A stretch of 64,000 nucleotides of DNA from assembly GCF_000143415.4 (NCBI RefSeq), contig NW_003314276.1, positions 2,231,072-2,295,071 of the forward strand, given 5' to 3'. Each line of letters starts with the position of its first letter. Position 1 is the first letter of the stretch. Position numbers and translations under genes: made by a program. The stretch is from Selaginella moellendorffii (Eukaryota > Plantae > Lycopodiophyta). Shown piece by piece: positions 36,573-54,294 of the stretch. Below the pieces are notes generated by a model. That model did not search any database, was not told the DNA's origin, and worked only from the letters and a program-made list of their open reading frames with translations.

Positions 36573-37530
36573 TAATTACCAGCAACCTGGTCGATGCAAG
36601 TGAAACGATGCCTTGCTCTGAATGAGACAACGTGTACAGCCATGATTGTGGCATATCGTTTAGCACCTTCGGAGGCTGGGGAGCTCTTCTCGTGTCTTTC
36701 AGCCGAGGCCGTGTGCCTCTCACTGCTCAATCTTTGTTAAGTGACTTAGATCGAGCAGCCCATGTTGCAGAGCGTTTGTTCCAGCTCCACGGCCTGGTGG
36801 GAAACTCTCAGGCACTGGTGATGCTGTCGAGCATTTCCTCGTCCGCTGGGAGGGACAAACTCGAGGATGGCTTCGTTGGAGACGCTCCCTTCAAGGAGTC
36901 GGAGATTTCATCGAGATTGACAAGGTGGTGCATGAATTCAGTGCTGGAGATGGATCGTCTCATTCCAGGGCTGAAGAGGTCCGGCGAGAGCTTGCTAGAT
37001 GTGAACGTCGTCACCATAGCATTCGGTATCCACCAGGCACGAGTAGTGCTCCACCTTTGGAGTGAAGTTTGTGTAGTCTTCACGGATGCACAAGAGCTGC
37101 GAGAAAAGGATGCTCACGAAGCTACTGTCGTTGGAGTGATGCCCAGTGACGCCTTCCAAGTTCATGTAAAGCTCCATGGCCTGTGTGTCGTGGCCACGTT
37201 GGGCGTAAGCTGCGATCATCGTGTTCCAGGCTCGTATCCGGCAACGGTGATTCTCTTGTGGCTTGGCCTCCTCCAAACATCCACGGGCATGCTGATGAAG
37301 GTGACGGTGATCCGGCCTCACTCCTTCCAGCTCCAAAGATCCGAAACGCGTCTCGCTCTCGACCATTTTGAGCGCAGGCCGCGATAAGAGCACTCCAAGC
37401 CACCACTGTTCTCTCCGGCATCCCATCAAACACCTCCTTGGCCTGCTCGAGCATGCATTTCCACTGCCAGGTTCTTGAGGAATCGGAGCTGGGCGGTTCT
37501 TCCCACGAATCTCATCGAGTTGCATCCTGA
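36573..37530 (-). pseudogene. deleted and internally inverted pseudogene copy of the PPR-DYW gene at 13276-15690
   Basis: 37030-37530 matches the gene on the minus strand (NSMRFVGRT..LRFLKNLAVEM, MPERTVVAWSALIAACAQNG, IREDYTNFTPKVEHYSCLVDT). ~36670-36997 matches its E domain on the plus strand (FQLHGLVGNSQALVMLSSI). Confidence 0.88.
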
Positions 37531-37813
37531 CGATGTCGCCCCCAGCTCGCGCAAGCGTAAGTCCATCACCCTAAAATTCAAAATCAAATCAAAATTAATG
37601 TTGACCAAATTCAAAATTAACGTTGACCAAAAGTTAACTAACTCGGGTCGTTGACTGATATAGCGATGCAAGCTAAGGAAGTCAAGAAGAAGATCCAGAA
37701 AAACACATGAAGAGGATCGATCCATCCTTAATCCTCTTCATGGGCTTTCTGTGCCATCCTCTTCTTTGCTTGCTTAAGTCATGCTCTCCCGGAAGAATGA
37801 TCCCGAAAACTTT

Positions 37814-40546
37814 TCACGAAGATCGATCCGCTGCTGCTTGATCTCCTTGCTCGTCGATCGAGACGATCGATTGATTCAGCGACTGATAGCGCAAGAGCTC
37901 CCCCGTCAGGAACTCGGGCTCCAAGAACTTCGCAGCAAACGTCCACAGCCGATGGACGTCCTCGAAGTTGGAGACGAGGCCCAGCGTCGCAGTGAGCACT
38001 GGAAGATCCGCCAGCTTCTTCATGCTCCCGGAGTGTGCTCCACCGCCTGAGTGATCCGAAAACACGCTCGAGCACTTCTCCGCCAGCAATCTCTTCTTCC
38101 TTGGTGCCGCCTTGGCCGACGAAGCTCCGCCATTGTTCTCCTTATCACTCCCACTCGTCACACACACCTCCTCCAGGAAGAGATTCGAGAGCACGCCGCA
38201 GCCGAGCGAGATGGAGCTCCGATCCGCCAGCTTTTGGACCAATGTCGGCTGGATCAGCGCACCCTTTTGATCGTAGAGATTGAACGCCACGGCCGGCCCC
38301 CGATCGATCTGTGCCTTGGGTCCAAAGATTTGCACCAGCGGTCTCCTCCGCCACCTTTTCGTCGCAGTGGAAGGAGCACTCGAAGAACTAGAGCTCCCGG
38401 GAATGTGGTGGAAGAGCGAGCTCATGGAAGCGATGAGCCAGTCCATGAGGCTCTTGATCCGGCAGTTCGTCTTGTTCAATCCCATGGTGTTTGCGTGATC
38501 CAATCCCTGGCAAACGATGAGAGGCTCGGGTCGGTGCTGCTGCTGCCGCTCCCTTTGATCGTCGTCAATGTCGTCCTCGTCCCAGGGCTCGTCGCTGCCG
38601 AGGTCATCGTCGTAGTAGTCGCCCTCTCCATCCCAAGAGCTGATCGAGTTCTTCCGCCACGATCGTCCGGAAGCGTTGAGGCTCCTGGACGAGGAGTTGT
38701 TGTCCATGTTAACGTTGGATGATCTCGCGAGCTGATCTTCCATTCGCGGCACAGGCTGATCCTCGTCTTCTTCTTCCTCGCGGATGGGAAGGAATCTGGG
38801 GAACAAGTCGGAGCGCCTGCTGTCGATGAGCCCATCGTCTCTTCCAATCTTCCGAAAGATCGAATCGCTCGAGTCGCCGTTTGGAAGCGCCCGGAGCTCG
38901 TCGCCTTGTTCTTGCTGGGAGGTGTAAGAACACGATGGCTCGGAGCTAGCGGAGCTGGAGCGGGCATAGTGATCGTTCGCGACTTCCTGGATCTCGGAAG
39001 AACACTGCTAGCAAAACAAAACAAAACAAACAAAAGAATGATCAATCACGCCATGCATGCGAAAATAGTCACGTACCTCTCGTGATGGTCCGAATCCAAA
39101 TCCATTGTTGCTCTTGCCAAGATCGCTAGAGCCATTGTTCCCGTTGGAACTCTCCTCCTCCAGACGATGATCGCGATGACCACCATCTTTCTCGATCACA
39201 TCCTCTTCGAGATCCTCCTCGGCCGATCCAAACGGGAATCCCGACGAGGACGCCGCCGAAAAATCCCGATCCAGCACAGGCCCAGAGAACGCGATAAGAT
39301 CCGGCCTAGCCGCAGCCGCGGAAGAAGAAGGACGACCTCCGAGCACATTCTCATCCAGGTCCTCGGCTAGCTCCTCGTCATCGCCAAGATCCGGCACCAC
39401 TCTCACCATCCCAATCCCGGGGCTGGAGCTGGACGATCGCAGGCTCGCCATGGACGAGTCCTTGATCAGCAAGCACCCAAACCCGGTGGGATCCGACCCA
39501 AAGATCTTGTAAAACGAGCAGATGATGAAATCCGGGCGGAAAAGCGAGAGTCCCAACGATCCCATATCGCGAGGACCCATGGCGGAGACATCGAGCAGCA
39601 CATCCCAGCGGTGCTTCTCCGCCATAGTCATCCATTGGTACGAGTACTTGGTCCCAGTGATCCGGCTCTGCGTGGGAAAGACAAAGAGCCCCCGCCGCCT
39701 ACCGCCCGCGGTACCGCCCGCGGTACCGGTCTTCTTCTTGAGCAGCCGACTGCCCTTACCGCGCGTCTTGAGCTCCGCCGCCAGCTGCTCGCCGCACAGC
39801 CGCAGCGTCGGCCACCGGAACCGCGCGGCACACGTCCGGCCCCCTGAGCGTACCGCCGCAGTAGTCAACGCCTTGACCGACTCGCTCTCGTGGTCGTAGA
39901 CCGTGACGAGCTTGGATCTGGCACGGAAGTCGTAGCAATCCGCGACGAGGGCGAATGCCGCGCGCTTGCTGGCGGTGAATACCGCGCTGTACGAGCCGTC
40001 ACCCACGTTGAGGTAGTCGAGGACCCTGGATCGGAGCTCCGACTGGAGCGTGTTGGGCTCGGTGGTGGCGAAGGCGGCCTGCGCCGCGAGGCTGCCCGAG
40101 GAGCCCGCGGAGACGAGCAAGAAGCTGGATCTCTGGCGCCCGGCGGTGAATCGCTGCGTGAAGGAGAAGAGGCCGAAGCCGCAGTAATCGAAGCACGCCC
40201 GGTNNNNNNNNNNNNNNNNNNNNNNNNNNNNNNNNNNNNNNNNNNNNNNNNNNNNNNNNNNNNNNNNNNNNNNNNNNNNNNNNNNNNNNNNNNNNNNNNN
40301 NNNNNNNNNNNNNNNNNNNNNNNNNNNNNNNNNNNNNNNNNNNNNNNNNNNNNNNNNNNNNNNNNNNNNNNNNNNNNNNNNNNNNNNNNNNNNNNNNNNN
40401 NNNNNNNNNNNNNNNNNNNNNNNNNNNNNNNNNNNNNNCGTTCGCAAATCATCGCTGCCATGATTCTTGGATGATGACGCTCCTGGAGAGATCTCTAGAT
40501 TGGACCCATCATCCGAGTGGTGGAGCTGCCAGAGGAGAGAGGGCAT
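37814..40546 (-). CDS. PLP-dependent transferase, molybdenum-cofactor-sulfurase-like plant family; 2 exons (intron ~39076-39008); N-terminal part spans an assembly gap
   Basis: CFDYCGFGLFS, LVTVYDHESESV, GLFVFPTQSRITGTKYSYQW, GLSLFRPDFIICSFYKIFGSDPTGFGCLLIK, CQGLDHA, DRGPAVAFN and VLTATLGLVSNFEDVHRLW.F. In-frame splice SRE|QCSSEIQE. Confidence 0.9.
40204..40438. other. assembly gap (N run)
   Basis: Run of Ns. Confidence 1.
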
Positions 40547-41677
40547 GATGAGCTCTCTTCTTCTTCCTTCTCTTCTTCCTGGGATCTGGATCGATGATAA
40601 TCATGCGCGAGGAGCTAGACCCAAGACCAAGATCGATCGATCTGGATGTGGGCACTTACCAAAAGGCGTCCCGGAGCCATAGACCGAGCACCACGCTCGC
40701 AATGCCGTCGCCCACCAGTCGCTGTCCCAGCATCATTTCATCTACAGCCTCCATCTTCCTCCGGGAAGAAGAAATCCCAATGCGCAGTAAAAATCTCTCT
40801 TTTGCTCGCTTGTGTCGTGTGTGTCGCGTGATCCAGACAGTACCAAGAGGGAAGAAGAAGAAAAAAGGGTTGACTCTTTCCAGATGCTTGGCGACGTACG
40901 CGTCTACAGCGAATTGGGCGATGCGCTGTTCTAGTCAGTCATTTGGGAGGAGCTCTTGGATTCCCAGAAATCCCATCCATTTCTTGCGACTGCTGCGCAT
41001 AGTTCCTTAGTGGATGATGATGCTGCTAGTGATGATCATATATCCCATAAAATCAAATCACCGCTCTGCTCAATCTCACTCTTTTTTGGCGGCTATGCGA
41101 GCGAGCAAGAAGAAAGAAGGAGCTATCCCTTGTTGGGCTTTTAGCTTGGATTCATCCTGGCTATGGTAGCTCTCCTCTAGCCTAGCATCAACCAAAGCCA
41201 AATTTTTTTGTCAAAACCTATCCTCTCCTCCAGGAGCAAGCAAGGAGCGATGCAAGCGTTGGCTGGCTGAAAGTGGCTCCTCTGTTTCTCATCACTTTCA
41301 CAGCCTCGCGAGACAATGTCGTTGTTTAATTGCTAACTATCCAAACAGTTCCAGGACTGTACAGCGATCGGACGCACGCCCAACACCCACCCGGAAGAAA
41401 TCGGGAAAAAAGAAAACCATTCTTTGCGTGAGTGGTGATGATCTAGGCCTAGATGATCCAACACCCAGAGTTTTTCGTTAAAAATTCGAGCTTGGAGCCA
41501 TCGCTCTCGCGGCAATTCAATGCAAAGGTGAAAGGGCAGGACCCTTTTCTTCCTTGCGTGTTGTTACTGCCCATTCTGCGGTGAATTTAATGCTCCTCGC
41601 GCTGAGCATTCAACACCGTAACAGTCCCTGGAATTAGGGTTCTTGAGAGAAATTTAAATTTTACTACTAAGTAATGG

Positions 41678-43222
41678 ATGCCATTGCCGGGGCATTTGGA
41701 TCGCGTCTACGAGCACCTGGCCTCGATCGTGAGGGCATGCGGCAGTTCCAGGGATCTCATCGCGGGGAAGCGCATCCACGCCCACATCGCCGATGCCAAT
41801 CTCGGGAACTACCGCTTCCTCGCCAATCTCCTGGTGGAGATGTATGGCAAGTGTGGCAGCCTCCACGACGCGCGGCGCGTCTTCGATTCCATTCACTCGC
41901 CCAACATCTTCTCGTGGAATTTGCTCGTGGTGGCGTATACCCAGAATGGCCGTCTCCGCGAGGCTCGCCAGTGCTTTGAGAAGATGCCCGGGAAGAACGT
42001 TGTGTGCTGGACTGGGCTGATCACAGCAAATGCCCAGTCGGGGTATGTTTTGTCCGCGAGGGGCGTCTTTGAAAAGATGCCGCAGAGAAATCGCGTCACC
42101 TGGACCGCCATGGTGTGGTGTCTAGTGAACGCTGGCGATGTGATCGAAGCAAAGATGTTGTTTGATTTGATGCCGGAGCGCGACCACTTTGCTTGGAACG
42201 CGATGATTCAAGCATTTGCCAAGATGGGCGATCTTGATCGAGTGAAAGACGTGTTTTGGAAGATCCCAGGTCTCAGCTCCGTGGTGTGGAACAACATGAT
42301 ATCGGCTTTCATCCAAAACAGGTGTTTGATCCAAGCAGAGCTGCTGTTTAGAGAGATTCCCGAGCGAGACGTTGTGACGTGGACGTCGATGATTCATGCA
42401 TTTGCTACGAATGGAGATCTGGATCTGGCAAAGTTGGTGTTTGATCGAGCGCCCCAGCGGAGCTTGATCTCCTGGAATGCAATGCTGGCAGCTCTTGCGA
42501 GCCATGATCATCAGAGCAAGGCTACAAGTTCCAGCAGCCTCGAGGAAGTAGAATCTATGTTTGCGAGGATGCCAGAGAGGAACTCTCTGTCATGGGCGAC
42601 GCTTCTATCAGCAGTAACTCGCGATTGGAATGCCGCCAAAGCCACGAAAATCTTCGACAAGATGCCGCAGTGGAACTTGCCGGCATGGAACTGTCTCCTC
42701 CAGTGTCACGTCCAAAATGGCCAGCTCCGCCATGGAAGATCCATCTTCGATCGCATGCCCGAGCACGATTTATCGTCTTGGAACACCATTATCATGGCCA
42801 ACGCGACGCAAACCAGTGGCGATTCCATCGCCCTCTTCCAGATGATGCAGCTCGAGGGGATTTCTCCGGACGAGATCACATTCACTGGAATTCTCTCGTC
42901 GTGCACTTATGCGGGATTGGTCGAGAAAGCCCAGCATTTCTTCCAATCCATGCCTGGAGACTTTGGCCTGGCACCGATTCTCCCACACCATGGCTCCTTG
43001 ATCGATTTGCTTGGAGGGGCTGGTTTGCTGGAGCGAGCTCGAGAAGTGGCCGAAGCAGCAGCGATCTCGCTCGATGGACGCGCTTGGACGACTTTGCTGC
43101 GATCTTGCAGCACTCATGGCGATGCTCACTACGCCGAGATAGCGGCGGATCGAGCAGCGATGCTAGAGCCAGAGAGCTCGGCAACTTACTCGCTTCTCAG
43201 GAGCCTGGACATTTCCCAGTGA
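41678..43222 (+). CDS. PLS-class PPR protein, rich in short S-type repeats, with partial E domain and no DYW
   Basis: 514-aa intronless ORF with MYGKCGSLHDARRVFD, repeated FEKMP.RN.V.W and HHGSLIDLLGGAG. Confidence 0.88.
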   Translation: MPLPGHLDRVYEHLASIVRACGSSRDLIAGKRIHAHIADANLGNYRFLANLLVEMYGKCGSLHDARRVFDSIHSPNIFSWNLLVVAYTQNGRLREARQCFEKMPGKNVVCWTGLITANAQSGYVLSARGVFEKMPQRNRVTWTAMVWCLVNAGDVIEAKMLFDLMPERDHFAWNAMIQAFAKMGDLDRVKDVFWKIPGLSSVVWNNMISAFIQNRCLIQAELLFREIPERDVVTWTSMIHAFATNGDLDLAKLVFDRAPQRSLISWNAMLAALASHDHQSKATSSSSLEEVESMFARMPERNSLSWATLLSAVTRDWNAAKATKIFDKMPQWNLPAWNCLLQCHVQNGQLRHGRSIFDRMPEHDLSSWNTIIMANATQTSGDSIALFQMMQLEGISPDEITFTGILSSCTYAGLVEKAQHFFQSMPGDFGLAPILPHHGSLIDLLGGAGLLERAREVAEAAAISLDGRAWTTLLRSCSTHGDAHYAEIAADRAAMLEPESSATYSLLRSLDISQ

Positions 43223-43286
43223 CTTGAAAAGTTCGTTGTTGGATTGGAATTTTATTCTTGAATGGTGGCATGGTGGGAAGAAACTT

Positions 43287-45034
43287 TTACTCTCTTTGAT
43301 CGTGATCGATTATGGCTTTTCCAACATATCTGTGTGGTTGATACTCTGTCAAAAATCTCGGTGGAGGGAAGTGAAAAAATGATAGCATACCTTCCAAGCA
43401 TCATCAAGGTGGCTTGTGGATTGGTTCCAGGCGAGACATGGAAAACGCTACCATCAAGAACGCGTAAGTTTCGTATGCCAATTACCTTGAAGCTGGAATC
43501 CACCACCTTGTTTACCAGGCAGCCACCATGGAAGTGATACAAAGTCACGACCTTTCTCTTACAATAATCCGCAAGAGTGTTGTTGATAGCCAACGCGCTT
43601 GAATTCCTCCTGCTGGGAAAACTCACCGTTCCTCCGGATGGGAGTGACTGATTGTCATATCGGAAAGGTTTGTAAGCGTTTGAGAGCAATGCTTTCTCGA
43701 TTGCGTCCACTCCTCCGATGCAAACTTGCAAATCCCTTGGCTCTCGGAAATAGTTGAAACTTACAACCGGATCATCATCCACATTCGTTGTGGCCAAGTA
43801 GAGTTCTCCCGTGGAAGCTGGGCCATTGACCTTCTCAGAAACGAAGGTATCATTTGGCCCTCGCACTCCGCCGCTGCCAGCTTCGATATAGCTTCCAAAG
43901 GACGTGATCCCGACGCTTAAGCTCGTGGAGACCTCGACGTAAGATGGCGATGGCACGACCAGGGAAATGGCTGGATTGTCTGCCATATGTTTTCCAACCT
44001 CTGGAAAATCCTTGATCACCTTGATGCCTTTGGATCGAAGATGGTTTCCAGGCCCGATTCCACTTAGCATTAGAAGCTGCGGACTTGCGATCGCACCAGC
44101 ACAAAGAATGACTTCGCTGGATTCTTTTCCAGGATGAGAAAGGAAAGCCTTCCGGATCCGGCCAAGCTCGTCTTTAAACTCGACCCCATACGTTCTTGGC
44201 GACAAACCTGATCGTGCTCAAGGTTCTTGTCAACTATATAAGTGGAACTTGATCACAAACCTTGAGAGAAGAGAACTCGTAGTACTGTTGCATGAAGGAG
44301 GACCTTGATATTGCTTGGATTTGCATAGACAAAGAGGTTTGAAGCTGGCTTTCGGGAGCCGGATTGATCAAAAATACTTCCAAAAGTCTTAGTTCCAACC
44401 AAGTGATCATACGTTGCATTGTTGTCCGGTGTGATCCCAGCTTGGAGCAGCGATGCCCGGAACGCTCTCTGGTAAGGCCCGAGTTGATTTGGAATGGAAG
44501 CCACAACACTCTCGACCCAGCGATAGGACTGGTTCACCAGGCAAGGATTCAAACCCAGAGCGGAGATGAAAGATTGCTCGGCGTGAGAATAGATCCCGGC
44601 ATTTACGCTAGATCCTCCTCCAAGAACTCGAGCTCTCCTGTTTCTTACCCCTTCGCTGGAGAAGAAGACTTGGAGTGGCGATTGGGGCCCAACGTCGGCG
44701 AGAATCGCTCCAAAGTTCTCGATCCTAGTGATGTTTGGATTGCCGTATGGTGATGCTCCTCGCTCGAGCACGAGAACTTTGTATTTAGTTGAGAGCGTTG
44801 CCGCGAGGGGCGAGCCAGTGGTTCCGCCGCCCACGATTATGTAGTCATAGCCAAGCAAACCGGAGCTCGAGACAGTGGTGGCTTCTTGTATGAAACTAAA
44901 AGGGGGATTGGAAGCTGCTGTTGCATATGGAAACGAAAGATTTTTAAGAAACGCTGTACTAAAACGATTTCTGGAATACCTGATGATGAAGAGCTCCAAA
45001 AGAGAAGCGCCACAAAGAAAAGAACGATGATCAT
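43287..45034 (-). CDS. GMC oxidoreductase, HOTHEAD/(R)-mandelonitrile lyase-like, secreted; 4 exons
   Basis: Signal peptide MIIVLFFVALLFW, YDYIIVGGGTTG (FAD), RARVLGGGSSVNAG, EVILCAGAIASPQLLMLSGIGP, YHFHGGC, LRVLDGS and PGTNPQATLMMLGRY. Stop at 43287-43289. Confidence 0.93.
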
Positions 45035-46839
45035 CTTCTGTTCAGAGCTCAAAAGTCAGAAAATTTCTAGAACAGTGAGGTGAATGAATTGGAGAATCCA
45101 ATCTCTTTCTGATCATATTCCTACGCTGGTCGAACATATTAATTTTTTTCTTTGACATCCTCGTTTTCTTTGAAAACTTAGGATCATGAGCATAACTATG
45201 CATGACCACCTCACATTTTACACGTTCCCTTTAAATTAATAGGCTATTTGAATGTTATTGAATTGATAAATCAGAATGATATTGCTATCTATTTAAAATT
45301 ATTTATTGTAATATATTTTGTATAGTATATATTTTATCCATTATTATCTGAAATTTTATATTTATTTTGGACATAACCAGAAACAATAAAGATAAGATTT
45401 AAGTTTTACAAAATAAGTTTTCAGAAATAAGTTTGAAAGAAAATCAAGTATAAATATTCAATAATTAGTGCTTAATTATAAATAAAGAACATTTGCTTAC
45501 TACCCATTGTTTATAAATCCATATATTAAATCAATTTAAAGTTTTTAGTAGTTTGTTTTACAAATAAAATAAAGACTTGATTCTGCTTTTTTTGGTAGTT
45601 TGAAATTAAAACAATCCTCTTCTATCCTTGGAAGTGATTTGATCAAGATACATAATTAAGGTTAATATTAGAAATAGAACTTATTTATTTATTTATTATT
45701 TTCAAAGTATATATAGAATTATTTATTTAAAAATAATGTTTCTTAGGGATTACTTATTTTGTTTATATTATTTTGAACATGTTACTATAGTAATTACTAA
45801 GAACTATTTATTTTGGAAACAATTTGTTACTATAGCTAAAATAAAATAGTTTAGCTGGTTATAGCATATGACTATGAATTTGAAAGTTTAAGATTAAACT
45901 CTTTTTTAATGATTATTTGTTTTATTTATGTTATTTTTTATAAAGTTGAAAGTTTAAACTCTTTTCTATGAATTATATATCTTTTTTATGTTAATTTTTA
46001 TATGTCACTAAAGTAATTACTAAACTCTATTTATCTATTTTGGCGTTTGTGTAAAGTGCATGGACCAAAAGCAAATCATATATGCCTAGTGGATATAATT
46101 GCTAGAGACATAAATCTCTTCGTGTAAAATAACTTTGAGAATTTATTTTATCACTAATTATCTAATTCAAGTAAATGACTATTAATCATAAAGTCAAATG
46201 TTTAAACCCTTCCCACCTTTTGAACTTGACCATAATAATTCATGACATAATATAGATTTTTCTTTGTTTTGTTAATTATTTGTTTTCTTAAACAAACTCG
46301 TAGAGGGTGGTAATAGATATTAACATAAAATGTATTTGGATATCTAAGGATATTTTACCATCTAACAGTTGTTATTCATTTAGATTAATTTTGTAAACAT
46401 ATTTATAATTAATAAACTTTCCTAAACACTTACTATAAAACAAACCAAGCATTGCTGCATTATTTTGAAATTGTCACTATTAAAAACTATAGCAAGTAAT
46501 TATGGTTTTTTGTTTCTACTAATTATTTTAAATTATCACTTTTAAAATACTAAATTGTGGCTTTTATAATTATTTTGAAATTGTCACTATTAATTGCAAG
46601 TTATGTAATAAGCTCCATGGTTTAAATTCTTCTTATATGGTAATTTGTGATAGTTAAATACGTTCAACTATGTTATTTTTGTGGACATGATGGTGCTCCT
46701 GGAAAAGAAGTGTAATGCTACAAGAATGTCAGCAACGATCGAGTTCATGCCCCAAAATGGAAGAAGAAAAGGCTAGATACATCTTTTGTAATCGTTTATT
46801 GACTTCAAGAAGAAAATCTAGATTTTGACACCACGGCCA

Positions 46840-46848
46840 TTAGGGTTT
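46840..46848 (+). promoter_or_regulatory. telo-box (TTAGGGTTT) immediately upstream of the PPR-DYW ATG; similar boxes at 49341-49349 and 41634-41641
   Basis: Motif seen just 5' of three PPR starts. Telo-boxes are a known element near plant transcription starts. Confidence 0.5.
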
Positions 46849-49178
46849 ATGGTTTGTGGCAAGAAGGCGTGCGCGATCCCAGGTAGGATTTCTCTTTCTC
46901 TCGCTCTCTGCGATCGATCGCATTGTGGTTGGATCTTTCTCTCAGGTGCGCTAGATTTTGATCAGGTTCTGCTGTCTTCTCGCGATACTTGCATTTCGGG
47001 TCCTCGATCGGCGCCAAGAGCTCGCTGCGCAAGATCACCGCTGCCGAGGAGGGGGCGCAGTACAATCTGGAATGGCTCAACAAGGTACTCGAGGGATTGG
47101 ACAGGAATGTGATTCGCGGGAGGGGCGAGAGGGATTACTTCCTCTACATTGTCCGCCTGTGTACCCGGCTCAAGGCGCTGGTGGCTGGGAGGAGAATCCA
47201 CGAGCAGCTCGTCCAGATGGGGATTGCCGAGCAGCTCCCGCTCGCCAAATTCATCGTCCAGATGTATCTCAGCTGTGGGAGCCTTGACGAGGCGCGCAAT
47301 CTCTTCGATTTGCTGCCTTCCAAGGATGTTGGTATGTGGACCGCGGTGATAGCGGCCTATGCCAAGTATGGGAGATGGCAGGAAGCGATCAAACTCTTCG
47401 AGACAATGGAAAGCAGGACGGGTCCGGCAAAGGCGACTTACTTCGCGGTGATGAAATCCTTCGCCAGTGCCGAGTCTCTGGCGGGTGCCAGGCTTGTTCA
47501 CAGCAGGATAGTCGAGCTCGGGGCTGAGAACGATGATCTTGTCCGTGCGGCGCTGATAGAAATGTATGGGAGGTGTGCCAGCTTGGAAGAGGCTTGGAGC
47601 ATCTTCAGTAGCAGTGTGGCTGGTGATGGAGGTCCTTACAGCGTTTTGGTGTGGAACGCTATCATCTCAGCTTCCTTCCAGAATGGTCAGCTCAAGGGGT
47701 CGCTGGAACTCTTTTGGAAGATGCGAAGGCAGGGAGTGAGGCCGGATAGCTTGACTTTGGCTACTGCTTTAGATACCTGTGCTGCGAGTGGGAATTTGCA
47801 CGAAGGCAGGATGGTGGCCGAGCTCGTCACCGTTTATGGCCTCCAGAGCAACGATCTCGTGAACTCTTCGCTGGTACATATGTATGGCAAGTGTGGAAGC
47901 TTGGATGATGCTCGGAGAGTGTTCGACGGGATGGCTCACAGGGGTCCGGTGGTTTGGAGCAAGATGATAGCAGCGTACAGCGAGCACGGCCATTGCAGCG
48001 AAGCCTTTGTCTTGCTGAAAGAGATGGAGTCCGCAAAGATGGTGGCTGATGCTAGTAGCTGCGTGGCATTTCTGCAAGCTTGCGGGAGTCTCCTGGCTCT
48101 GGAAGCGGGGCAAGAGGTTCATGGCTGGATAACAATGAAAGGCCTTGAGCAAGATGTTTTCGTGGGCAACGCACTCGTGGACATGTATGGAAAGTGTGGC
48201 AGTGTTGAGGAAGCCTGGGCGGTGTTTGACAATATGAAGGAGAAGAACTGGTTCTCGTGGAACTTTATGGTGGAAGCGTACTGCTCTTCAGGCTACAGCA
48301 CCGAGGCTATACAGGTGTTCTTACAGATGCTACAGGAAGGTGTGAAGCCAAACGCCAAGACATTTACGAGTGTCTTGGTTGCATGCGGGCATGCTGGTTT
48401 CATACGAGAAGGGATTCTCCATCTTGTCTACATGAGCAGTGACTACGACGTGGTTCCGATAGCCGAGCACTATGCCTGCGCAGTCGGCCTCCTGGGACGA
48501 TCTGGCTGGGTGAAAGAAGCCGAGGAGTATGTCAAGAAGCTGCCAGATGCCGAGGCTTCCGTCTGGGACGCTCTAGTTACGGCGTGCAGGATACACGGAG
48601 ATTTGGATCGAGGAAGATCTGCTGCTGAAAGCTTACTGGAGTGTAGTCCACACGCGGCTAGATCTTATGCTGTTGTCGCTGGCCTTTACGATGCTCTCGC
48701 AAGATCGGATGATGCTGCCAGAGTCCGAGAAACAATGACCAGCAAAGGCTTGACAGAAGAACGCGTGACAAGCTCAATTTTGGTCGGGAATACCACTTGT
48801 CACGAGTTCATCACTGCTGACACAAGACACAAGAGGATACAGGGGATACATGCCGAGCTAGAGGACCTGGGCCAGAGAATAGCAAAGGATGGCTATGCTC
48901 CCGATGCGAGCAAGCTGCTTATGCATGAGAGAGCTGAAGAACAGAGACAGGAATCGCTGTTTTATCATAGCGAGAGACTTGCTGTTGGCTTGGGAGCCAT
49001 CAAAATTCGGGGAGATTGTCCTCTCAGGATTATCAGGAACTTCAGGATGTGCGCTGACTGTCACACGGCCATCAAGTTTATGTCCAAGGCGATGGGCAGA
49101 ACAATCATCTTGAGAGATGGAAGCAGCCAGCTTCATCGTTTCGTGGATGGTCACTGTGCGTGCCGAGATTATTGGTGA
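46849..49178 (+). CDS. PLS-class PPR protein with canonical DYW deaminase domain (RNA editing factor); short 5' exon
   Basis: ATG 46849 MVCGKKACAIP, intron ~46883-46965, then in frame GSAVFSRYLHFG. PLS repeats, GYAPD, YHSERLA, CADCH and HRFVDGHCACRDYW. Confidence 0.93.
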
Positions 49179-49373
49179 TTCTACTCAGGTATGGACTTTT
49201 ACTTCTAAGCTTTAGTCGGGCTGGACTGACTTTGCAGGTCCGTTTGAGATTTTCCTTTTGACAACTCGTGTCCATTTTTTTGAGGCAAGACGTTTTTGAT
49301 AAGTTCTGGTGACTTTGATGTGTTCGTGTTGTTCTTGGGTTTAGGGTTTAAAGGAGCACACGCACAATGCGAG

Positions 49374-54294
<4,921 letters not shown>

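Noticed and set aside
45100-46700. Very AT-rich intergenic block with a short direct repeat (ATTATTTTGAAATTGTCACTATTA at ~46460 and ~46570)
   Set aside because: No termini, ORF or lectin-like homology found, so it cannot be assigned.
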